Origin: Macrostomum lignano
Lineage: Eukaryota
Assembly: GCA_002269645.1 (NCBI GenBank)
Contig: NIVC01001790.1
Coordinates: 1-35,667, forward strand
Direction: 5' to 3'
DNA: 35,667 nt
The notes below the pieces were generated by a model. That model saw only the letters and a program-made list of their open reading frames with translations. It was not told the DNA's origin and made no database searches. The position numbers and the translations under genes were made by a program. Shown one piece after another: positions 9,404 to 22,582 of the stretch; position 1 is the stretch's first letter; each line of letters opens with the position of its first letter.

Positions 9404-10461
9404 CTAAAATAAAAAGATTGCGTGGGGTGGTCGAAGTCGCAATACTGTTTGAAGACTTGCAAATCCAAAGTACCCCCCCCCCCGCACTGGGGAGGCGTGA
9501 GGCTTCCTAAATTTCATCTCAAATTAAGGCAATAACTTCTAGCGCTTTATTTAATTTAGACTTAAATCTCAATTAGAGTCACTGCAGATCATAAGGAGTT
9601 CTTTCTATAGAACAGTTTCTATAGAGCAGTTAAAATGAGTTACCTGAACTAATGCTGCAAGGAATCTACACAAATATTCAGAAGTGTCTTCGTTGATGAA
9701 AATTTTCCGATTTTGGATAAAATCTGACGTTCGCATGTTAAACAAAACATGCTTAGATTCTATTCGACCATGAGCACGCTTCTTCCCGAGCTAGCAATAA
9801 CTTTAGAAGGTTGCTCGTAGCTTAAAAAAGGATTACCGGTACAAGCAGTCCTTTCTAGAAGCAAGCAACGCCGAAACAGCAGACAAAAAGAATTCTAGAG
9901 AACAGCCTGCTGAGCTATGAGGCTGAGAATTACTAAGTGAAGGAGAAAAACATTCGAGCCGGGAAGGAAAAAGGCAGAAGAGTTTTGCATGACCGAATGC
10001 CCGATGCGAACTTGGAAAAGTGCAGCTTTCAAAGTCTGTATAAGTGGCTTCGTTAAGTTCGGATATTTCAAATCCGGAAGCTTAGCTCGACAAGGCAACT
10101 TCATTTCTAATCCGTCATTATATTAGACGTTTTTTAGACCCCGTCCTAACTTACTTTGACTTAGCTGCAGGGGGCTCCGTGCGTCTGGAAACAGCGAGGA
10201 GGCGTTGCCGCCCATTTCGCTAACCCCTGGCCTAAAGGCATACGTATGGAACGCGGTTACTTCAGAAGGAAATTAATGGACACAAGGTGAGATGCAGAGA
10301 AGACGATAAATCGAATAACTGATTCAGAATGCAAACCGAACTCAAAAACAGTTGCATAAATACGTCATTTACCTCGGTTCTAACTAAATAACAACCAATG
10401 AACGTAACGTACAAGCCCTGAAGCCTAAAATTAGTGAGACAAAGCTACGAAAAATACTGAC

Positions 10462-10707
10462 CGCTTGATGTTGGCGCCGCATTAACGGACCAGCCGATCT
10501 GATGCTGGCTATGGTGCAGCGACTCTGCAGGGCCGCCGTACCTTCTCTGCGAATCGAGCCGATGCCGCCTGGCCTGATCGTCCAACTCTTTGTCTGGGAA
10601 GGCGCCCCGGTGCTGCACAAAGTAGGCCGCCCTCTGCTGGCCCTGGCCGGCCTGCGGCCTGTCGATGGCGGTGAAGTTCAGAGGGCCAGGTTGCTGCATC
10701 TTGTTGG
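10462..10707 (-). CDS. Internal exon of the minus-strand gene (...MQQPGPLNF...INAAPTSS-like segment)
   Basis: GC-rich ORF 10445-10699 with donor GCG|GTCAGT at 10461 (phase 1). The 5' boundary is uncertain (AG options give starts at 10707, 10699 or 10658). Confidence 0.55.
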
Positions 10708-10792
10708 CTCAGAAATAGCAAAGTTAAATCGAAAATTTGTGTCATCTCCTTCTAATTTTGTGGATATGTGCGCATCCCTAACAATAATATAT

Positions 10793-11080
10793 GGCGCCCC
10801 TGGTGCTGGCGCCCCTGGTGCTGGCGCCCCTGGTGCTGGCGCCCCTGGTGCTGGCGCCCCTGGTGCTGGCGCCCCTGGTGCTGGCGCCCCTGGTGCTGGC
10901 GCCCCTGGTGCTGGCGCCCCTGGTGCTGGCGCCCCTGGTGCTGGCGCCCCTGGTGCTGGCGCCCCTGGTGCTGGCGCCCCTGGTGCTGGCGCCCCTGGTG
11001 CTGGCGCCCCTGGTGCTGGCGCCCCTGGTGCTGGCGCCCCTGGTGCTGGCGCCCCTGGTGCTGGCGCCCCTGGTGCTGGC
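10793..11080. repeat. 15-bp GC-rich minisatellite (GGCGCCCCTGGTGCT), ~19 copies, intronic
   Basis: Homogeneous tandem array; the stop-free unit yields repeat ORFs in every frame. Confidence 0.95.
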
Positions 11081-11246
11081 GCGCCATCTCCCGACTGCAA
11101 TGAAAAATCCTGGCTACACAATCTACTGAGTACCGCGCACATTCTACAACCTACGGGATAGCTGAATTTTTAGAAGGCAACATACGAGCGTAAAACTTGA
11201 ATTTGCGGTAAAAAAGCATCTCAGAACTGTACTACACTGGCTGTAC

Positions 11247-14200
11247 CTTGCTGGCGACAGTTGCTGCTGCTGTCGATGAGAGCCGGAGCTAGCAGCGAAG
11301 ACATCGTCCTCGTCCCCGCCGCTGGACAGCTTTGCCAGGCGAGTCTGCACCCGAGCCAGCGTGTCGTGCCGCTCCGCCCCGTCCAGCAGGTCGTCGTCCT
11401 GCAGCTGCATTTGCCGGCAGAGGCCTTCGATCTCGCTGACCGGATCGCCTGCGGTTGCTCCGCGGGGACTCAGCAAGGATTCCTGCTTGTTGCAGCGAAG
11501 GCTGGCTGCCCCAGTTGGAAGGACTTTCACCGCGTTCGAAGGCAGCTTCAACGCTGCGCGGTGACGCTCGTTGATTGGGTCATCGGAGTCGTCCGTGTCG
11601 GAACCGCCGATGCGGCCGTTTCCGTTGCTACGCCGCCGGTGCCAGTCAAGCCGCTCTTCCAGTTGCTTCATCAAGTCCCGCGACTGCGGATGCAACTGGT
11701 TTCGCTGCTGCTGGTGATGCTGCTCCTGAAGTTCGGTCTGGCGCTGTGCAGAGTGCTGATTTGATTGCTCCTTGTACTCGTAAGTCTGCTTCGGCTGGTA
11801 CTGATAGCGTTGCCCGTGGTGCGAATTGCTCTGATTGCTCGGCTGCTGGGTATTTGATTGAGTTTCAATGCGATGCTGATGGTTTGGATTTTGATACTGC
11901 TGCTGAAGCTGCTCATTTTGATGCTGGCGTGGATGCTGGTGCTGATGCTGGTGCCGAGTTGGAGAATGGTACGGCTGTGACTGCGGCTGAAGAACTCCGA
12001 TTGATAATCTTGCTGTGGCAGTCTGAGCAGCACTCGGGCCAACGCTAGAGTTGTCGGGAGCCCCCGGCATGTGAGTCTGAATCTGCGTGCGCGTTCGCGG
12101 AGTCGGTGCGGCGGATTTCGTCTCGTTTGCTCGCTGGATTTGATGTCGCAAAGACACAGGAGAGCCTCCTGAAGTTACCAACGCTGCAGCGGCTGCGGCT
12201 GGCACCTCCATTGGCCGCTGACGATACGTCGGCTGCTGCTGCGACTGTTGAATGGACGACAAACTATTCGATCGCTGTCGACTGAGTGATGATTCGGCGA
12301 CCGCTGCCGGCTGTTGTTGACCTCGGTTTCCGCGCGATATTGGGCGATGCTTGCCCGACGACCAGAGCTGGTTCTGCTGGTCCTGCTTTCGCGGCCGCTG
12401 AGGCTGCTGGTGGTGGTGGTAATTGTGCAGATGGTAATGCTGCTGATGAACTGGCGGCGGTGGTGGTGGTGGTGGTGGCGGTGGTGGCGGCGGCTGCGGC
12501 GCTGGAGGAGGTGGCATGAATTGCTCCTTCCTCTGGATGGGCACCACTGCAGGCGCTGGGGAAACCTGGATCTGCTTGTATAAATGGTCAGCAGAGGCCG
12601 CCTCACCTGCACTGCGCCGCTGCCTTCGTGGAGGCACTGGAGGTGCCGGTGACGTTAATTGCGGTGGCTGCTGCGGCGGTGGCTCCTGCCTCTGATACTG
12701 AAGACTGACTTGCGCAGCGTAGCGATCAGTGCTAGGTCGATACCTATAGGCATCAGTGAGGGTCTCGCTGCCTTTTGGGTAGAGGTCGCTAGTCCGAATG
12801 GATGTCGGCAGCGAAGAGCTCTGGCTGTTTGCCGCTGTGGAGTCGCGCTGCTCCTGGTTCTGATAATGCTGGTGCTGCTTGTGCTGGTGCTCGCGCTGAC
12901 CTGGCTTCTGCCGCCGAGGCTGGTGGTTTGAATCTTGATATCGGTGCTGGTACTGCTGCCCGCGTTTCGGCTGGTGCTGGTGATGATTCTGGTGCCATCT
13001 GTCGTCACCAACGAGGCCGTCTACCGCTTCAAACACAGCGTCGTCATCGTCATCGTCGTCCGCTTCGTCAGCGCTGCCGCTGACTAAACGCGCGGTGGCC
13101 GTTGCCATGGCTGCAGAGTATTCCGGCGCAGGCGGAGGTAACGGGCGCTTCTTTCTTGGCCGAGAAGAGCGCTTCCTGTGCGGCAGGTATTTGTACACGT
13201 CCTCGCCTTGCTGATGCAGCTGCTCCTGCGGTGGCCTTTGAGTCTGATAACCGTTGCTACCGCCAACTGTAAGCGGACTGTTTGAATAAGTAAAAAGTTG
13301 GCGCAGCTGCTCTTCAACTTGCGACTTTGGCTGCTGCTGCTGCTGCTGCTGCTCTGCCTCCCTTTCTGGTCTGCTTTTTCGCCGCTGTGGCCATAGTTCA
13401 TTATTTTCGCTTGAGTGTGCGGCTGCACCTAATTGTACTCTGGCAGAGCTGAGGTGTACACCAGCATGGGCCGAGTTCTGCTCCGCGGGAGAGCCAACAC
13501 CCCACTCCGCAGCCACCTCGAGCCCCCACTGAGCGTCAGTCAACGGTCCTTGCTCACCCGTTGCGCGAGTGGGTCTCTGGCGCTCCGGCGGAGGTGGGTG
13601 GGGCAGCTTTCTGCGCCTCGCCGCCGGCTCCTCCTCCAACTCCTCCACCTCCACCTGCGGCCCTCGCTCCGCTACCGCAGGCTGTCGCCAGTTAAGCGAC
13701 ATTTGCACATGCAATCGAGTCGCATTCGCATCTTGCTTTTCCATTTCAGCTGCAGTTGCAGGTGCCTTATGTTCTGTGATCACTGGCGGAAGCGGCTCGG
13801 GTTCCAGATCCGGCTCCGGTTTCGGTTCAGATTCCAGTTCCACGTCCGGCTTCATCTCTGAGCGACTGCCGCCTGAGCTTTGCGATCGACGGCGCGGCCT
13901 CAGCGGATCTCGCGGCGGCCCGCGCAGCCGCTCGAGACTCGACAGTTTGCCGCTGGGTTGCTGCAGCTGCGCCACGGGCAGGAAGGCCTCAGAGTCGGCC
14001 TGTGCTGCCCACGAGCCGTGCCGGTCCACGGGCGCGGCCGAGGAGGAGCGCGATCTCGATGGCGACGACGATGCGCGACTGCGGTGCCGGCTCCGACGTC
14101 GCGGCGTCGACTCACCGGAAGACACGGCGGTTCGAGAGCGCGAGTCGATGACTTTGATCTTGCGTATCCGGCTAAAACGACTGGGAGCGCCGGTCGTGGC

Positions 14201-14588
14201 GGCGGCAGCACAGCGGCCGACATCAGCGGCGTTGTCTTTGCCGTCGTCGGCATCGCTGTTACCAGTGCTGGTGCCACCGCCGCAGCCAACATCGACAAGC
14301 GCATTCGGTTGCAGCTCGTCTTGAATCTGGCGCCCAATGTCGCTGAGCTGCTGCAGGTAGCGCCGCTGATCCTCCTGGCGATTTTCGCGCTCCAGGGTGT
14401 CGCCAAGGCTCGAGCTCAGCTCGGCGGCGTCCGGATCGTCGCTGTCTGCCGGCAGGTTGCCTCGGTATATCGCGTCGAGCTGGGAGGAGGCCACGCTGCT
14501 GGCTGACGGGCTGTGAGGTCGGCTACTGCTGGCCGCAGAGGCAGCCTCGTGATGGCTGACTGCCTTCATGCTGACGTGCCGGGAGCCT
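11247..14588 (-). CDS. 3.3-kb exon encoding ~1110 aa of Gln/Pro/His/Ser-rich, predicted disordered protein; no recognisable domain
   Basis: Long GC-rich ORF 11144-14824. Acceptor CCATTTATTTGCAG| at 14589, donor AAG|GTACAG at 11246. A phase-compatible upstream donor GAA|GTAAGG at 14851 suggests a further 5' exon; otherwise the ATG of MKAVSHH may be the start. Confidence 0.8.
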
Positions 14589-16163
14589 CTGCAAATAAAT
14601 GGAGCGGATGGTTTGGCGGCACTTTGAGACGAAGGGAAGACGCCCGAAAGCTTTCGAGCTTGGAATTGCTCAGCGCCAGTGCACACAGGCTTGAACTTCG
14701 AACGGGACCAGAGTACAATAATGGCGATATGAGTGCAGTGAACTTCAATAGCTCGCTTTTCTTTCAACCTTCTGACCCCCCGCCGTTGCGGTTCTGCCAG
14801 AAAGCACTTTGGAAGCGTGCGCAAGCGAGCCTAATGCCTCTCACCCCTTACTTCGTTCGCTCCTGCCTACTGGCACCCGCTTTTAGTGTTAAACTGCATG
14901 CTTGTACTGGTGGAGGGAGCCACCGCAGGTAACCAGGGGCAGAGAGAGAGAGAAATTCTCGAGTAGCTCATTACTAATAGTTTCTCTCGGCAGCATTCTA
15001 TTCGCATTAATGAGAAAATCGAAAGAGATTTCATAGTTTCTTCTGTGCCCCAACTTCTCTCTTTCTCTCTCTCTCTCTCTTTCTCTTTCGTCCCAGTTTG
15101 CACGGCGCCGCCTACCTTTCTAATTTGCAATTAATTATTCTATAGCCAAGAATTTGTACACATTCACACCAAATTCACGGTGCACCTCGATAGTTTTAGA
15201 TTCGTTATAAAAGCAGAATATGTCAGAAACTCTCACAGCTGTCTGTCCGGTCCGACATGCAGCAACTTTGCCCAGCTGTGGGCGGTAAACTGCAGGATGT
15301 GCCGGATGTGCCACTGACGGGAGGATGCATGCAAGGAGCTGGCGCTAGGGGCTGCTAGGCTAGGGCTACGTTCCGGCTTTGAAATGCGTAGTTCGCGTGG
15401 CTTGGACGGGTTTTAAAGCCCCCCGAGATGGAGAGCGAGCGGAGAAACTGGACAGGGAGGGTATCCAGGAACCAAACCGAGAGAGATAGGGAGAGAGAGA
15501 GACTGGCACCCAACGCGAGACACGGAGTCCCGCAACGCCCCCAATTGCACCTCTTCCCCTTTTGTGTCATGCAGCCCCCCTTGGATTTAGCGGCAGTAGC
15601 TGAGCGCCTCTCCTAAAGCCGCAGGTGAATATTTTTCTTTCACTTTGTCGCGGGCCCGTCTGTTCGCGAAATCATTAGCTCTGCGCGGAAAAGCCGGCCT
15701 TCAAGACCAGATAACTTCAAAAAAACAGCGTTTGCGTACACTAACTGTATTTATGCAGATTGAAACTTAGGCATTGCACCTGCTAATGCACACAGCCCCT
15801 TGTTATTTTTGCCTTGAGCGCCCAGTGCAGTAGGGAATCGTCTACTATCGTATATTGTGAAAACAAAGTCACTAGAAACGTCTTTAATAGAAAAGTCCTT
15901 CACGAACGAACAGAAAAATTGAGGGCATTGATAAAAAACTTCTAATACCATACTTTTAAAACTGAGCCAGGAAGCTCTTCAGCCCACATATTTCTTACCT
16001 TGCCAGACTCAATTATTGCTCTATTCCTTCAATTACTACCCTGTAATAGAGTAGTTTACTCCCCAACCTTCAGCAGTCTTCATGGCTGGGATATACTGGA
16101 GACAAAAAGAGGAAAGAGGGTTGGCTGAAGATCGCTTCCTGCCCTCTCATCTTCTTTACCTTG

Positions 16164-16643
16164 CAGCCTGTCACTCACTGACCTTCTGCAGTCCTCAATC
16201 CTGCAGCCATGTCACTCACTGACCTTCTGCAGTCCTCAATCCTGCAGCCATGTCACTCACTGACCTTCTGCAGTCCTCAATCCTGCAGCCATGTCACTCA
16301 CTGACCTTCTGCAGTCCTCAATCCTGCAGCCATGTCACTCACTGACCTTCTGCAGTCCTCAATCCTGCACCAATGTTACTCACTGACCTTCTGAAGTCCT
16401 CAATCCTGCACCAATGTCACTCACTGACCTTCTGAAGTCCTCAATCCTACAGCCATGTCCACCCCGAACTTCTGTAGTCGCCAATCCTACAGCCATGTCA
16501 CTCCCCGAACTTCTGTAGTCGGCAATCCTACAGCCATGTCACTCCCCGAACTTCTGTAGTCGCCAATCCTACAGCCATGTCACTCACTGACCCTCTGTAG
16601 TCCTCAATCCTGCAGCAAGGTCACTCCCCGAACTTCTGCAGTC
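16164..16643. repeat. 41-bp minisatellite (CAGCCATGTCACTCACTGACCTTCTGCAGTCCTCAATCCTG), ~11-12 copies
   Basis: Period 41 (16201 vs 16242); left copies identical, right copies diverged. Confidence 0.95.
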
Positions 16644-17689
16644 TCAGACGTCAGCAGAATGACAGGACTCCTTGTCTCCTTGATGGTAGCTTGCCTTCTA
16701 TCGCCTTGATTTGCGGTGTCCAAAGCCCCCCTGCAAACTAACTGACACTCCCTCACACCTGTATACCTCTGACCCCCTGCACCTGACCCTTCAGAGTGAA
16801 CTTCGCACCACTCTTACCTCTGAGCCTAATGAACTATCTGACGGTAACGAAGCAGCGCTTATGTAAAAACATTTCAGAGGTGGGAATTTGAGAATGTTTA
16901 TTCATAGCTTCTTAGTTAATACGTCGTAAGTCACAGCTCGCGTGCAAACCCACTTTGACCGGCAGAATGCAAATCTGATAAACTGCGCTAAATAAACCCT
17001 TGGAGAGCGCGGAACGAAAACTCGAGAACAGAATATTCCAGCGATTATTGTCGACAAAAGAAAATAAATTCAACCAAAACTGGCCTTTCGTACGAAGGCG
17101 CAGTGAAGGTGAAAAATAAACAAATTTTCCCACAGTTCGATAAGACACAGACGTCGATCAGTTTATCAAGATCTTAGAAATGCAACGAACCTTTTTCGGC
17201 AGTCTCAAGAAAGTGCAGGCTTCGGTGGAAGTGCTACTGGTTGATTAAGGCTGGCTGACGTAGCAAGCTAGACGAAGCACTAAGCAGGTGTGTACGCTGC
17301 AACTGCACCAATGGAGCCGATGATGCACTAACCGGATTTGTGACCCTCGGGCGGGCAAGCAGGCACAGATGGGATGGAAAACGCGGGATCCCCAACTGTT
17401 CTGTTTATCCCCTGGAAAGACTGGTGCAGAACAGAGTTTGGGGGGAAATTTTCCCTACCTCAGTGGAAAACAACGACAGTCCGATTCAGTTTTGGATTAT
17501 TTCGGAGACCCACCTGACTTTATTTAAGTTTGCTTATAAGGTGTGTGTAGACCTGGCAGAATGCCAGACTCTTATTGGATCGACGAATAGTTCCCTTTTA
17601 ACTGACCGTGTTGATTTTTATCGTTATAGATCGATAGATATTTTTTGCTGAACATTCAGATTGTGAAATCAGCATAAGATGGGACATTC

Positions 17690-18346
17690 AGGTTGTCAAA
17701 TTAGCTGGAGACGGGGTCTTCGGGTTGTCAAATTAGCTGGAGACGGGGTCTTCGGGTTGTCAAATTAGCTGGAGACGGGTCTTTGGGTTGTCAAATTAGC
17801 TGGAGACGGGGTCTTCGGGTTGTCAAATTAGCTGGAGACGGGGTCTTCGGGTTGTCAAATTAGCTGGAGACCCGGGGTCTTCGGGTTGTCAAATTAGCTG
17901 GAGACGGGGTCTTCGGGTTGTCAAATTAGCTGGAGACGGGGTCTTCGGGTTGTCAAATTAGCTGGAGACGGGGTCCTCGGGTAGTCAAATTAGCTGGAGA
18001 CGGGGTCTTCGGGTTGTCAAATTAGCTGGAGACGGGGTCCTCGGGTTGTCAAATTAGCTGGAGACGGGGTCCTCGGGTAATCAAATTAGCTGGAGACGGG
18101 GTCTTCGGGTTGTCAAATTAGCTGGAGACGGGGTCTTCGGGTAGTCAAATTAGCTGGAGACGGGGTCTTCGGGTTGTCAAATTAGCTGGAGACGGGGTCC
18201 TCGGGTTGTCAAATTAGCTGGAGACGGGGTCCTCGGGTTGTCAAATTAGCTGGAGACGGGGTCTTCGGGTTGTCAAATTAGTTGGAGATGGGGTTGTCAA
18301 ATTATCTGGAGACAGGGTTGTCAAATTAGCTGGAGACAGGGTCTTC
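17690..18346. repeat. 32-bp minisatellite (GGGTTGTCAAATTAGCTGGAGACGGGGTCTTC), ~20 copies
   Basis: Period 32 (17701 vs 17733); near-identical direct units without spacers. Confidence 0.95.
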
Positions 18347-19461
18347 AGATTTAGGCCTGCAGCAGTTTTTTTTATTCTCAGGGGAGAGTCTGCAGAAGAG
18401 AAATAATTAAAAGTGAAAAATTAAATACGACTTGATTAATTTTTAAAGAGCTTAGGACCTTGATGTACTGTTTCAAAGTGTCTAAAGGTGTTCGACTCTT
18501 CACTCACGGTTAATCCGCTCGGATGCTGCATGGTGAATAAGCACAAACAGAATGCTTTTAAAGCGCCTTTGCTACTTTTTGATTCGATGAGAAATTTTTT
18601 CAATCTCTTTGCAATCAGATGAAAATTTCCCGTGTTTCACAAGGCGACTAGCTTAGAAGGTTGCATAAGCAGAGCTTGCAATAGAGAATTTGTAGTTGCT
18701 GCCTCTAAATTTTGACAACAAAACAAGCGAAAGAAAAGACAGGTAGCTATGCCGAATGCCTGCTTTATTGCTTTATGGCAGGAGCTCAAGCACGAAAGAC
18801 ACTTTTTAATGCCAGCTACATCTCTCGTAGTCCAATGCTATAGAACTGCGCAGGTACCAAGAAGGTATTTGCGGGTGGGCGGTTAGCTACGAACGAAATG
18901 CTTGTCAGGGACTGAGAACGCATTCTTTAGTCACAATATTCTCTCCCTCCCTCACTGTACACTTTCACAGTGATCACGCCAGTGTGTCAGGTTGGCCTCT
19001 CTCTCCTTTTCCTTGGTCAATATTCCGACTCTCTCTCTTTCTCTCTCTAGCATTCTTGTTTTATTCTATCTTAACTCAGCTCAATTGTCTATAACATGAG
19101 CTGCTTTATAACAGCAGCCAAAGGAGAACGATGTTTCTGTCTCAATTCAGTTGCTTTGCGTCTTAGAAAATTCTTAGAGAATTGGAGATGGCTCGAATAT
19201 TTGAGACAAAATGATTCGCACGTGGATGCGCTGCCAGATATGATGGGAAATCCTATGTAATCTGAGTTCCATCTTTTGCCTTCGTGTCTTGAGGGAGTTT
19301 TGGAGTTTCAGGACACTACTTCGTAAAAGAGGGCTATCTACCAAGGCTGAGCCCTTTGTCAAACCGTTGGGATCTGATGCAATGAGGTTTTATAACTAAA
19401 ATATTAACGAAACTAAACTAGTTTGAAATGGAAAAGTTATTTTTTAAAGTGATGATAGTAA

Positions 19462-19621
19462 GAGTGAGAGAGAGTGAGGGAGAGTGAGGGGGGTGAGAGA
19501 GGGAGAGTGAGGGAGGTGAGGGAGGTGAGGGAGGTGAGTGAGGGAGAGTGAGGGAGAGCGGGGGGAAAGGGGAGAGAGAGAGGGAAAGAGAGGGGAAGTG
19601 AGGGAGAAAGGGAGAGTGAGG
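19462..19621. repeat. Purine-rich GA/GGGA low-complexity tract
   Basis: Nearly pure G/A on the + strand with interspersed GT. Confidence 0.85.
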
Positions 19622-21295
19622 GATCAGTAACCATATTGGATAGATTGTAGTAATGTAACATTATTAACAACTGTCGTAGGGAATCCAAATAAGTACATTT
19701 TGTATTTCGTTAGCCTTTTAAAAAACTCTTTAAGTAGTGCCCTCAGCACTCTGCCTGTTTCGTTCCCTCTCTACTATATCTGTTAGTGCCAGCAGCCTCG
19801 CGCAATATCTGCCATTTTGACCCAAGAAAGTACAAAAATTTTGCTTTTTTGGCCCGCATTCTTTTCAGCTCGGTTGTCAATCAAACTTCTAGATATTTTT
19901 GTTCAAACATGCACTACTTACTGAACGCCAAAAGTAGTTGACTGCAAATATTCTTCTAAAATGCACGAAAAGGTGCAAATAAGAGCCGAGAGCCAGATCA
20001 TGAAAAGCCAGTGATCTGGATGCATATTTGTGGTATCCGGCCGGTGTGTCTAGTATTGCCATAGACAAATCCGATTTCTCGAAAGCAAAGAGATTTCTAA
20101 GAAAATAATGTGTAGCGCCACTTTCTACTGAAGCTGTCCATGGGCTGTGTTGAAAACTTGAAAATTCAAACTTGAGACTAAATTCGAATTTTAGAAGCTC
20201 AAAAAATGTAAGGAAGCCGTGAAAATGCTTATAAGTTTCAACTTTTTTCAAGGTCCCATTCGTCAAACTGCAGATAGCAAGGTCTTAAGGTGACACTAAA
20301 AGTTTCTATTTTTAACTCCAACTGTTATATTTAAACACTGGAATGCGTTTCAGTCGATATTAGCGATCCATTCAGAGTTCAGACCCGGATCACGTGATTT
20401 TTTAGGGTACGCGTTGTTCAGGCCGGTTCTCGAAGTGTGACTCAGTAAGCCAATATTAGAATTTTACCCGAAAAAAACTTTCGTAGGGGGTTGGTATTTT
20501 TGGCAAATACATTGTAGATTATTGAAGCAACTGCAATCCAAACGGCTTTAGGAGGGGAAATTCAAGAACTGCTACGGCTATGGTCTGCCTTTCTGACCGT
20601 GTCTGAGGGCAGGATAGGAATTCTGAGCAGTTGAAGGGAAGTGTTTGCACAATTGTTGGGCGGATTGGGGCGGATTCTTACCAGTGAGGCGGGTTGCCAG
20701 GCTGGAGCCGCATGGCTGGAGTTCGCACAATGCGACACATTTTTTAAATCTCTTGCCCTATAGCAGAACCCCTGGACCCGCTTCTATCGATCTCTGTACT
20801 CTGATCGATTGGCGATTTCTTCTCTTCCGTCTCTCCCCAAAGCCCCTTGCACTGTACACGTTGCTTCTAGAAGGGGAAAACAGTGTTGACCGCGCCCAGG
20901 GCCTTGACAGCCATTACAATTCGTGTCTGTTTGTCTGCGGAGTTTCGAAAAAGGAAGAAAGAAAGGACGAAAGGAAGCAAGGAGAGAGAGAGAGAGTAAA
21001 TGACTCCCAGATATTAGGGAGACGCGGACTCCCGATTTCTTCTTTCTGTCAGATCCCCGCGCTGCCGCAGACCGACCGACCGATCGATCCAATTCTATTT
21101 TGTTGTCGTTGGCCCACTCTATCTATTATCCTCACTAGCTGCTCACCCCTCTGCTCCCGCCCCAGCGACTTTGCTCTCGCCATAACTCGCCTTTGCTGGT
21201 TTAGCAATGCCCGAACCCTATTTGGTTTGATCTCGCTATCCCACCAGACGACAGCAATTTAACACTTCCGGGTAGCAACAGTTGAGCGCCAGCCG

Positions 21296-21592
21296 ATGGA
21301 GCGCGCCAAAGTGCCTCAAGTAGCGGCGCCCGCCCAGCTGCCAGCCGGCTTCATCGTGCTAAGCGGCGGCACCGATTTCAAAGGCCACCAGATTGCCTGC
21401 TTTCCGCCCAAGAATCTCATCCGAATGCATTTGAACGGCGTGACCAGCGCGGACTTGGTGGCTCTGGTGGAATATTACATCGCCATCACCAAGCCGGAGC
21501 AGCGAATGAGCGGCCTGGCGTTTCTGGCCGACTTCCGGGCCTGCTCTCAGTCTATTTTCCGGGTTGTTGTTGACGCGCTGGAGTTGCTGCAG
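21296..21592 (+). CDS. SEC14/CRAL-TRIO + spectrin-repeat protein (SESTD1/Trio-N-terminus-like), exon 1
   Basis: IVLSGGTDFKGHQIACFP...LVALVEYY...GLAFLADFR matches the SEC14 start of Trio/Kalirin/SESTD1-type proteins. The only frame-preserving donor is CAG|GCAGGT. Confidence 0.85.
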
Positions 21593-21623
21593 GCAGGTGT
21601 TTCCAGGAATCTGGCAGAGAGAT

Positions 21624-21970
<347 letters not shown>

Positions 21971-22054
21971 GATAGATGTGAATATCCCTCCAAGCAAGTA
22001 CTAATGACTGCAGCAATCAAAGTCACATTCCTACATTAACTTTGTCTCTTCCAG

Positions 22055-22207
22055 CAGCAGAACCGCGGTTGTGTAGCCGTCTTCTACGTCCTGACGCCCA
22101 AGGGCAAAGAGCTGGTGAAGAGTTTGCAAAAGATGCTCGGCCTGTACCAGAAGAAGAGCTTCTTCGGTCGAAAAGCCGCTGATCCGGCTCAGGCAAGATC
22201 GTTTCAC
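22055..22207 (+). CDS. SEC14-spectrin protein, exon 2
   Basis: Acceptor TTTGTCTCTTCCAG(CAG)(CAG); reads QQNRGCVAVFYVLTP...ARSFH; donor GTGAGT at 22208. Confidence 0.85.
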
Positions 22208-22302
22208 GTGAGTACTCGTAAAAGGAGTTTTTTAACTGCGCTGTAGTGGCTTTATTCCTAAAATTCTCGAATACTCATCCCCATCCCGCATAATCTCCGC
22301 AG

Positions 22303-22419
22303 AGCATCTTGCTGTCGAGCTCACAGGAGCTCTACCAGTTTGTGAGTAGAGACCAACTCGTGTCAGATTTTGGTGGAACGCTCAACTATGATCACCAGGC
22401 CTGGATGAAGCTACGAACG
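22303..22419 (+). CDS. SEC14-spectrin protein, exon 3
   Basis: Acceptor TCTCCGCAG; SILLSSSQELYQFVSRDQLVSDFGGTLNYDHQAWMKLRT carries the QL..DFGG.L.Y.H..W motif that ends this SEC14 subtype; donor GTGAGG at 22420. Confidence 0.9.
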
Positions 22420-22582
22420 GTGAGGACAATAGTACAGCCGCAGGTCACTGATTGGCGCACACTACTCACTTTCCTTTTTTCGATTTTTTAGAGTGTGTTA
22501 GCTGCGTTACAGTCACACAGTATTGACTTTTGTACATAAATTTTACCTCCATCAGACACACTGCAAACCCAAACAATTGTAG

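Noticed and set aside
10502-11161. (GAPGA)n / (GAPAP)n ORFs resembling elastin, silk or collagen
   Set aside because: The stop-free 15-bp unit is open in all six frames with zero synonymous variation and lies in an intron of the minus-strand gene.
11261-14932. Many + strand and alternative-frame ORFs overlapping the large minus-strand exon
   Set aside because: Shadow ORFs expected in GC-rich coding sequence; no independent domain or splice evidence.
16164-18346. 41-bp and 32-bp repeats as possible CRISPR arrays
   Set aside because: Repeats are contiguous with no unique spacers, there are no cas genes, and the context is eukaryotic.
20285-20300. TTAAGGTGACAC as a possible Kolobok-type terminus
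   Set aside because: No matching inverted end was found by eye in the window.
20645-21262. 205-aa ORF upstream of the SEC14 gene
   Set aside because: No domain, GA-rich low-complexity content, non-ATG start; probably promoter or 5' UTR.
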